From the human T2T-CHM13v2.0 reference genome, Homo sapiens, in NCBI RefSeq assembly GCF_009914755.1, contig NC_060938.1: a stretch of 64,000 nucleotides of DNA; one strand, 5' to 3'. A model generated the notes under the pieces. The model ran no database searches, was not told the origin of the DNA, and saw nothing but the letters and a program-made list of their open reading frames with translations. Position numbers and translations under genes: made by a program. This document shows positions 54,701-64,000 of this stretch, piece by piece (position 1 is the first letter of the stretch; each line of letters starts with the position of its first letter).

Positions 54701-57700
54701 TATGAAGATATTCCCGTTTCCAACGAAATCTTCAAATCTATCCAAATGTCCACTTGCAGATTCAACAAAAAGTGTTTTTCAAAACTGCTGTATCAAAAGA
54801 AAGATCCACCTCTGTTTGCTGAGTTCACACATCACAAACAACTTTATGAGAATGCTTCTGTCTAGTTTTTATTTGAAGATATTTCCTTTCTCACCATAGA
54901 CCTGAAAGCTGTCCTAATGTTCACTTCCAGATACTACAGAAAGAGTGTTTCAAAACTGCTGTATGAAAGGGAATGTTCAACTCTGTGACTTGAATGCACA
55001 CATCACAAAGAAGTTTCTGAGGATGCTGCTGTCTACTTTTTATACGTAATCCCGTTTCCAACGAAATCCTCCAAGCTATCCAAATATCCACTTGCAGATT
55101 CTACAGAAAGACTGTTTCAAAACTGCTCTGTCAATAGAAAGGTTCAACTCTGTTAGCTGTGTGCATATATCCCAAAGAAGATTCTGAGATTGCTTCTGTC
55201 TGGTTTTTATTGGAAGATATTTCCCTTTTCACCGTAGGTGTCAAGGCGCTCCAAATGTCCACTTCCAGATACTACAAAAAGAGTGTTTCAAACCTACTCT
55301 GTGAAAGGGAATATTCAACTCTGTGACTTGAATGCACATATCACAAGGAAGTTTCTGAGAATGCTTCTGTCGAGATTTTATATGAAGATATTCCCGTTTC
55401 CAACGAAATCCTGAAATCTATCCAAATATCCCCTCGCAGATTCTACAAAAAGAGTGTTTCAAAACTGCTCTGTAAAAAGGAAGGTTCAACTCTGTTAGTT
55501 GAGTACACACATCACAAACAAGTTTCACAGAATGCTTCTTTCTAGCTTGTAGGGGAAGATATTCCCTTTATCACCATGGGCCTCCAACCGTCCGAAACAT
55601 CCACTTCCATATACTACAAAAAGAGCGTTTCAAACCTGCTCTATGAAAGGCAATGTTCAACTCTGTGACTTGAATGCAGACATCACAGAGCAGTTTCTGA
55701 GAATGCTTCTGTCTAGATTTTATAGGAAGATATTCCCGTTTCCAACGAAATCTTCACAGCTATCCAAATATCCACTTGCAGATTCTACAAAAAGAGTGTA
55801 TCAAAACTGCTCTGTCAAAAGGAAGGTTCTTCTCTGTTAGGTGAGTGCATACGTCATAAAGGAGTTTCTGAGAATGTTTCTGTCTAGTGGTTATGGGAAG
55901 ATATTTGCTTTTTCACCGTAGGCCTCAGAGCGGACCAAATATCCACTTGCACATACTACAAAAAGAGTGCTTCAAAGCTGGTCTCTGAAACGGAATGTTC
56001 AACTCTATGAGTTGAATGCAAACATCACAAAGACGTTTCTGAGAATGCTTCTGTCTAGATTTGATATGAAGATATTCCCGTTTCCAACGAAATCTTCAAA
56101 TCTATCCAAATGTCCACTTGCAGATTCAACAAAAAGTGTTTTTCAGAACTGCTCTATCAAAAGAAAGATCCACCTCTGTTAGCTGAGTTCACACATCACA
56201 AACAAGTTTATGAGAATGCTTCTGTCTAGTTTTTATTTGAAGATATTTCCTTTCTCACCATAGAGCTGAAAGCTGTCCTAATGTTCACTTCCAGATACTA
56301 CAGAAAGAGTGTTTCAAAACTGCTGTACGAAAGGGAATGTTCAACTCTGTGACTTGAATGCACACATCACAAAGAAGTTTCTGAGGATGCTGCTGTCTAC
56401 TTTTTATACGTAATCCCGTTTCCAACGAAATCCTCCAAGCTATCCAAATATCCACTTGCAGATTCCACAGAAAGGCTGTTTCAAAACTGCTCTGTCAATA
56501 GAAAGGTTCAACTCTGTTAGCTGCGTGCATATATCCCAAAGAAGATTCTGAGATTGCTTCTGTCTAGTTTTTATGGGAAGATATTTCCCTTTTCACCGTA
56601 GGTGTCAAGGCGCTCCAAATGTCCACTTCCAGATCCTACAAAAAGAGTGTTTCAAACCTACTCTGTGAAAGGGAATATTCAACTCTGTGACTTGAATGCA
56701 CATATCACAAAGAAGTTTCTGAGAATGCTTCTGTCGAGATTTTATATGAAGATATTCCCGTTTCCAACGAAATCCTGAAATGTATCCAAATATCCCCTCG
56801 CAGATTCTACAAAAAGAGTGTTTCAAAACTGCTCTGTAAAAAGAAAGGTTCAACTCTGTTAGTTGAGTACACACATCAGAAATAAGTTTCACACAATGCT
56901 TCTTTCTAGCTTGTAGGGGAAGATATTCCCTTTATCACCATGGGCCTCCAACCGTCTGAAACGTCCACTTCCATATACTACAAAAAGAGCATTTCAAACC
57001 TGCTCTATGAAAGGCAATGTTCAACTCTGTGACTTGAATGCAGACATCACAGAGCAGTTTCTGAGAATGCTTCTGTCTAGATTTTATAGGAAGATATTCC
57101 CGTTTCCAACGAAATCTTCACAGCTATCCAAATATCCACTTGCAGATTCTACAAAAAGAGTGTATCAAAACTGCTCTGTCAAAAGGAAGGTTCTTCTCTG
57201 TTAGGTGAGTGCATACGTCATAAAGGAGTTTCTGAGAATGTTTCTGTCTAGTGGTTATGGGAAGATATTTTCTTTTTCCCCGTAGGCCTCAGGGCGCTCC
57301 AAATGTCCACTTGCACATGCTACAAAAAGAGTGCTTCAAAGCTGCTCTCTGAAAGGGAATGTTCAACTCTATGAGTTGAATGCAAACATCACAAAGACGT
57401 TTCTGAGAATGCTTCTGTCTAGATTTGATATGAAGATATTCCCGTTTCCAACGAAATCTTCAAATCTATCCAAATGTCCACTTGCAGATTCAACAAAAAG
57501 TGTTTTTCAGAACTGCTCTATCAAAAGAAAGATCCACCTCTGTTAGCTGAGTTCACAGATCACAAACAAGTTTATGAGAATGCTTCTGTCTAGTTTTTAT
57601 TTGAAGATATTTCCTTTCTCACCATAGACCTGAAAGCTGTCCTAATGTTCACTTCCAGATACTACAGAAAGAGTGTTTCAAAACTGCTGTACGAAAGGGA

Positions 57701-58278
57701 ATGTTCAACTCTGTGGCTTGAATGCACACATCACAAAGAAGTTTCTGAGGATGCTGCTGTCTACTTTTTATACTTAATCCCGTTTCCAACGAAATCCTCC
57801 AAGCTATCGAAATATCCACTTGCAGATTCCACAGAAAGACTGTTTCAAAACTGCTCTGTCAATAGAAAGGTTCAACTCTGTTAGCTGCGTGCATATATCC
57901 CAAAGAAGATTCTGAGATTGCTTCTGTCTAGTTTTTATGGGAAGATATTTCCCTTTTCACCGTAGGTGTCAAGGCGCTCCAAATGTCCACTTCCAGATAC
58001 TACAAAAAGAGTGTTTCAAACCTACTCTGTGAAAGGGAATATTCAACTCTGTGACTTGAATGCACATATCACAAAGAAGTTTCTGAGAATGCTTCTGTCG
58101 AGATTTTATATGAAGATATTCCCGTTTCCAACGAAATCCTGAAATGTATCCAAATATCCCCTCGCAGATTCTACAAAAAGAGTGTTTCAAAACTGCTCTG
58201 TAAAAAGAAAGGTTCAACTCTGTTAGTTGAGTACACACATCACAAATAAGTTTCACACAATGCTTCTTTCTAGCTTGC
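48731..58278. repeat. 7-HOR (9548 bp) tandem duplication, copy 2
   Basis: The junction lies between C48730 (type-C marker GCAGG) and C48773/GAAAAGT (markers found upstream of type A at ~39225). Confidence 0.9.
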
Positions 58279-61200
58279 AGGGGAAGATATTCCCTTTATC
58301 ACCATGGGCCTCAAACCGTCTGAAACGTCCACTTCCATATACTACAAAAAGAGCATTTCAAACCTGCTCTATGAAAGGCAATGTTCAACTCTGTGACTTG
58401 AATGCAGACATCACAGAGCAGTTTCTGAGAATGCTTCTGTCTAGATTTTATAGGAAGATATTCCCGTTTCCAACGAAATCTTCACAGCTATCCAAATATC
58501 CACTTGCAGATTCTACAAAAAGAGTGTATCAAAACTGCTCTGTCAAAAGGAAGGTTCTTCTCTGTTAGGTGAGTGCATACGTCATAAAGGAGTTTCTGAG
58601 AATGTTTCTGTCTAGTGGTTATGGGAAGATATTTGCTTTTTCCCCGTAGGCCTCAGGGCGCTCCAAATGTCCACTTGCACATGCTACAAAAAGAGTGCTT
58701 CAAAGCTGCTCTCTGAAAGGGAATGTTCAACTCTATGAGTTGAATGCAAACATCGCAAAGACGTTTCTGAGAATGCTTCTGTCTAGATTTGATATGAAGA
58801 TATTCCCGTTTCCAACGAAATCTTCAAATCTATCCAAATGTCCACTTGCAGATTCAACAAAAAGTGTTTTTCAGAACTGCTCTATCAAAAGAAAGATCCA
58901 CCTCTGTTAGCTGAGTTCAGACATCACAAACAAGTTTATGAGAATGCTTCTGTCTAGTTTTTATTTGAAGATATTTCCTTTCTCACCATAGACCTGAAAG
59001 GTGTCCTAATGTTCACTTCCAGATACTACAGAAAGAGTGTTTCAAAACTGCTGTACGAAAGGGAATGTTCAACTCTGTGACTTGAATGCACACATCACAA
59101 AGAAGTTTCTGAGGATGCTGCTGTCTACTTTTTATACTTAATCCCGTTTCCAACGAAATCCTCCAAGCTATCGAAATATCCACTTGCAGATTCCACAGAA
59201 AGACTGTTTCAAAACTGCTCTGTCAATAGAAAGGTTCAACTCTGTTAGCTGCGTGCATATATCCCAAAGAAGATTCTGAGATTGCTTCTGTCTAGTTTTT
59301 ATGGGAAGATATTTCCCTTTTCACCGTAGGCGTCAAGGCGCTCCAAATGTCCACTTCCAGATACTACAAAAAGAGTGTTTCAAACCTACTCTGTGAAAGG
59401 GAATATTCAACTCTGTGACTTGAATGCACATATCACAAGGAAGTTTCTGAGAATGCTTCTGTCGAGATTTTATATGAAGATATTCCCGTTTCCAACGAAA
59501 TCCTGAAATCTATCCAAATATCCCCTCGCAGATTCTACAAAAAGAGTGTTTCAAAACTGCTCTGTAAAAAGGAAGGTTCAACTCTGTTAGTTGAGTACAC
59601 ACATCACAAACAAGTTTCACAGAATGCTTCTTTCTAGCTTGTAGGGGAAGATATTCCCTTTATCACCATGGGCCTCAAACCGTCCGATAAGTCCACTTCC
59701 ATATACTAAAAAAAGAGCGTTTCAAACCTGCTCTATGAAAGGCAATGTTCAACTCTGTGACTTGAATGCAGACATCACAGAGCAGTTTCTGAGAATGCTT
59801 CTGTCTAGATTTTATAGGAAGATATTCCCGTTTCCAACGAAATCTTCACAGCTATCCAAATATCCACTTGCAGATTCTACAAAAAGAGTGTATCAAAACT
59901 GCTCTGTCAAAAGGAAGGTTCTTCTCTGTTAGGTGAGTGCATACGTCATAAAGGAGTTTCTGAGAATGTTTCTGTCTAGTGGTTATGGGAAGATATTTGC
60001 TTTTTCACCGTAGGCCTCAGAGCGCTCCAAATATCCACTTGCACATACTACAAAAAGAGTGCTTCAAAGCTGCTCTCTGAAACGGAATGTTCAACTCTAT
60101 GAGTTGAATGCAAACATCACAAAGACGTTTCTGAGAATGCTTCTGTCTAGATTTGATATGAAGATATTCCCGTTTCCAACGAAATCTTCAAATCTATCCA
60201 AATGTCCACTTGCAGATTCAACAAAAAGTGTTTTTCAGAACTGCTCTATCAAAAGAAAGATCCACCTCTGTTAGCTGAGTTCACACATCACAAACAAGTT
60301 TATGAGAATGCTTCTGTCTAGTTTTTATTTGAAGATATTTCCTTTCTCACCATAGAGCTGAAAGCTGTCCTAATGTTCACTTCCAGATACTACAGAAAGA
60401 GTGTTTCAAAACTGCTGTACGAAAGGGAATGTTCAACTCTGTGACTTGAATGCACACATCACAAAGAAGTTTCTGAGGATGCTGCTGTCTACTTTTTATA
60501 CGTAATCCCGTTTCCAACGAAATCCTCCAAGCTATCCAAATATCCACTTGCAGATTCCACAGAAAGGCTGTTTCAAAACTGCTCTGTCAATAGAAAGGTT
60601 CAACTCTGTTAGCTGCGTGCATATATCCCAAAGAAGATTCTGAGATTGCTTCTGTCTAGTTTTTATGGGAAGATATTTCCCTTTTCACCGTAGGTGTCAA
60701 GGCGCTCCAAATGTCCACTTCCAGATACTACAAAAAGAGTGTTTCAAACCTACTCTGTGAAAGGGAATATTCAACTCTGTGACTTGAATGCACATATCAC
60801 AAAGAAGTTTCTGAGAATGCTTCTGTCGAGATTTTATATGAAGATATTCCCGTTTCCAACGAAATCCTGAAATGTACCCAAATATCCCCTCGCAGATTCT
60901 ACAAAAAGAGTGTTTCAAAACTGCTCTGTAAAAAGAAAGGTTCAACTCTGTTAGTTGAGTACACACATCACAAATAAGTTTCACACAATGCTTCTTTCTA
61001 GCTTGTAGGGGAAGATATTCCCTTTATCACCATGGGCCTCAAACCGTCTGAAACGTCCACTTCCATATACTACAAAAAGAGCATTTCAAACCTGCTCTAT
61101 GAAAGGCAATGTTCAACTCTGTGACTTGAATGCAGACATCACAGAGCAGTTTCTGAGAATGCTTCTGTCTAGATTTTATAGGAAGATATTCCCGTTTCCA

Positions 61201-63182
61201 ACGAAATCTTCACAGCTATCCAAATATCCACTTGCAGATTCTACAAAAAGAGTGTATCAAAACTGCTCTGTCAAAAGGAAGGTTCTTCTCTGTTAGGTGA
61301 GTGCATACGTCATAAAGGAGTTTCTGAGAATGTTTCTGTCTAGTGGTTATGGGAAGATATTTGCTTTTTCCCCGTAGGCCTCAGGGCGCTCCAAATGTCC
61401 AATTGCACATGCTACAAAAAGAGTGCTTCAAAGCTGCTCTCTGAAAGGGAATGTTCAACTCTATGAGTTGAATGCAAACATCACAAAGACGTTTCTGAGA
61501 ATGCTTCTGTCTAGATTTGATATGAAGATATTCCCGTTTCCAACGAAATCTTCAAATCTATCCAAATGTCCACTTGCAGATTCAACAAAAAGTGTTTTTC
61601 AGAATTGCTCTATCAAAAGAAAGATCCACCTCTGTTAGCTGAGTTCAGACATCACAAACAAGTTTATGAGAATGCTTCTGTCTAGTTTTTATTTGAAGAT
61701 ATTTCCTTTCTCACCATAGACCTGAAAGCTGTCCTAATGTTCACTTCCAGTTACTACAGAAAGAGTGTTTCAAAACTGCTGTACGAAAGGGAATGTTCAA
61801 CTCTGTGACTTGAATGCACACATCACAAAGAAGTTTCTGAGGATGCTGCTGTCTACTTTTTATACTTAATCCCGTTTCCAACGAAATCCTCCAAGCTATC
61901 CAAATATCCACTTGCAGATTCCACAGAAAGACTGTTTCAAAACTGCTCTGTCAATAGAAAGGTTCAACTCTGTTAGCTGCGTGCATATATCCCAAAGAAG
62001 ATTCTGAGATTCCTTCTGTCTAGTTTTTATGGGAAGATATTTCCCTTTTCACCGTAGGCGTCAAGGCGCTCCAAATGTCCACTTCCAGATACTACAAAAA
62101 GAGTGTTTCAAACCTACTCTGTGAAAGGGAATATTCAACTCTGTGACTTGAATGCACATATCACAAGGAAGTTTCTGAGAATGCTTCTGTCGAGATTTTA
62201 TATGAAGATATTCCCGTTTCCAACGAAATCCTGAAATCTATCCAAATATCCCCTCGCAGATTCTACAAAAAGAGTGTTTCAAAACTGCTCTGTAAAAAGA
62301 AAGGTTCAACTCTGTTAGTTGAGTACACACATCACAAACAAGTTTCACAGAATGCTTCTTTCTAGCTTGTAGGGGAAGATATTCCCTTTATCACCATGGG
62401 CCTCAAACCGTCCGATAAGTCCACTTCCATATACTACAAAAAGAGCGTTTCAAACCTGCTCTATGAAAGGCAATGTTCAACTCTGTGACTTGAATGCAGA
62501 CATCACAGAGCAGTTTCTGAGAATGCTTCTGTCTAGATTTTATAGGAAGATATTCCCGTTTCCAACGAAATCTTCACAGCTATCCAAATATCCACTTGCA
62601 GATTCTACAAAAAGAGTGTATCAAAACTGCTCTGTCAAAAGGAAGGTTCTTCTCTGTTAGGTGAGTGCATACGTCATAAAGGAGTTTCTGAGAATGTTTC
62701 TGTCTAGTGGTTATGGGAAGATATTTGCTTTTTCACCGTAGGCCTCAGAGCGCTCCAAATATCCACTTGCACATACTACAAAAAGAGTGCTTCAAAGCTG
62801 GTCTCTGAAACGGAATGTTCAACTCTATGAGTTGAATGCAAACATCACAAAGACGTTTCTGAGAATGCTTCTGTCTAGATTTGATACGAAGATATTCCCG
62901 TTTTCAACAAAATCTTCAAATCTATCCAAATGTCCACTTGCAGATTCAACAAAAAGTGTTTTTCAGAACTGCTCTATCAAAAGAAAGATCCACCTCTGTT
63001 AGCTGAGTTCACACATCAAAAACAAGTTTATGAGAATGCTTCTGTCTAGTTTTTATTTGAAGATATTTCCTTTCTCACCATAGACCTGAAAGCTGTCCTA
63101 ATGTTCACTTCCAGATACTACAGAAAGAGTGTTTCAAAACTGCTGCACGAAAGGGAATGTTCAACTCTGCGACTTGAATGAA

Positions 63183-63862
63183 CACATCACAAAGAAGTTT
63201 CTGAGGATGCTGCTGTCTACTTTTTATACGTAATCCCGTTTCCAAAGAAATCCTCCAATCTATCCAAATATCCACTTGCAGATTCCACAGAAAGACTGTT
63301 TCAAAACTGCTCTGTCAATAGAAAGGTTCAACTCTGTTAGCTGCGTGCATATATCCCAAAGAAGATTCTGAGATTGCTTCTGTCTAGTTTTTATTTGAAG
63401 ATATTTCCCTTTTCACCGTAGGCGTCGAGGTGCTCCAAATGTCCACTTCCAGATACTACAAAAAGAGTGTTTCAAACCTACTCTGTGAAAGGGAATATTC
63501 AACTCTGTGACTTGAATGCACATATCACAAAGAAGTTTCTGAGAATGCTTCTGTCGAGATTTTATATGAAGATATTCCCGTTTCCAACGAAATCCTGAAA
63601 TCTATCAAAATATCCCCTCGCAGATTCTAAAAAAAGAGTGTTTCAAAACTGTTCTGTAAAAAGAGAGGTTCAACTCTGTTAGTTGAGTACACACATCACA
63701 AACAAGTTTCACAGAATGCTTCTTTCTAGCTTGTAGGGGAAGATATTTCCTTTATCACCATGGTCCTCAAACCGTCCGAAACGTCCACTTCCATATAGTA
63801 AAAAAAGAGTGTTTGAAACCTGCTCTATGAAAGGCAATGTTCAACTCTGTGACTTGAATGCA
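63183..63862 (-). repeat. Structural-variant 4-mer HOR (680 bp) with chimeric monomer
   Basis: After ...TATGAAAGGCAATGTTCAACTCTGTGACTTGAATGCA the sequence continues CACATCACAAAGAAGTTTCTGAGGATGCTG...TACGTAATCCCG instead of the usual GACATCACAGAGCAG. The TAATCCCG-type box recurs after 680 bp (63234 to 63914) rather than 1364 bp. Confidence 0.9.
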
Positions 63863-64000
63863 CACATCACAAAGAAGTTTCTGAGGATGCTGCTGTCAAA
63901 TTTTTATACGTAATCCCGTTTCCAACGAAATCCTCCAAGCTATCCAAATATCCACTTGCAGATTCCACAGAAAGACTGTTTCAAAACTACTCTGCCAATA

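Larger units (their letters stand above)
1..64000 (-). repeat. Alpha-satellite HOR array, 8-mer (1364 bp), ~47 copies, likely SF2 D14Z9/D22Z1 (alphaXT, chr14/22)
   Basis: Alphoid motifs (e.g. TTCAACTCTGTGACTTGAATGCA, TTTCTGAGAATGCTTCTGTCTAG) recur every ~171 bp. Homologous positions recur every 1364 bp (repeat-derived ORF starts 1127, 2491, 3855, 5219 ... 62463). XbaI TCTAGA at 174 and TaqI TCGA at 854 are exactly 680 bp apart, matching the alphaXT(680) definition of the chr14/22 subfamily as I recall it. Strand follows CENP-B box orientation. Alpha-satellite identity is certain; the chromosome assignment is ~0.8. Confidence 0.97.

Noticed and set aside
87-63002. ~110 short ORFs (65-137 aa; MKGNVQLCDL..., MLQSCSLK..., MKLICDV...)
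   Set aside because: They are translations of alpha-satellite monomers recurring every 1364 bp, many with GTG/TTG starts. They open and close with single substitutions or frameshifts and show no recognisable domain. I used them only as positional markers.
1-64000. CRISPR-like array (regular 17-bp motif with ~325-bp spacing)
   Set aside because: The motif is the CENP-B box. The intervening sequence is itself repeated satellite rather than unique spacers, and there are no cas genes.
1-64000. L1/Alu insertion or strand inversion
   Set aside because: No non-alphoid stretch, poly-A tail or target-site duplication was seen. HOR spacing accounts for all bases, and all boxes have the same orientation.
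1-64000. Other 8-mer arrays (SF1 D10Z1, D12Z3) or the 11-mer D13Z1/D21Z1
   Set aside because: The strict 8-mer with 338/342/342/342 spacing and the 680-bp XbaI-TaqI fragment fit alphaXT of chr14/22 better. This rests on recall rather than a database search; HMM classification would settle it.
1-64000. Computationally generated centromere model sequence (GRCh38-style)
   Set aside because: Short-range Markov models would not reproduce 19-kb and 9.5-kb ordered duplications of rare variants. The structure looks like a real long-read assembly.

Overview
The whole 64-kb window is one uninterrupted, single-orientation primate (almost certainly human) centromeric alpha-satellite array. It consists of ~171-bp monomers organised into an 8-monomer higher-order repeat (HOR) of 1364 bp, about 47 copies. 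CENP-B boxes sit in every second monomer (minus strand; spacing 338/342/342/342) and alternate with pJalpha/A-box-like motifs. The 8-mer length, the dimeric organisation and an XbaI-TaqI fragment of exactly 680 bp point to the SF2 alphaXT array shared by chromosomes 14 and 22 (D14Z9/D22Z1). I cannot tell 14 from 22. I see no genes, RNA genes, transposon insertions or inversions; every ORF in the track is an artefact of the repeat. I found no new coding system. The informative signal is the structure above the HOR, read from shared variants. It includes a 2-HOR duplication at the left edge, a 19,074-bp (14-HOR) tandem duplication, nested 1-, 4- and 7-HOR duplications whose order is partly inferable, and patchy mosaicism of two HOR haplotypes. 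It also includes a block rich in broken CENP-B boxes next to a ~25-kb block of intact ones, and a 4-mer structural-variant junction at the right edge. All comparisons were made by eye and need alignment to confirm.
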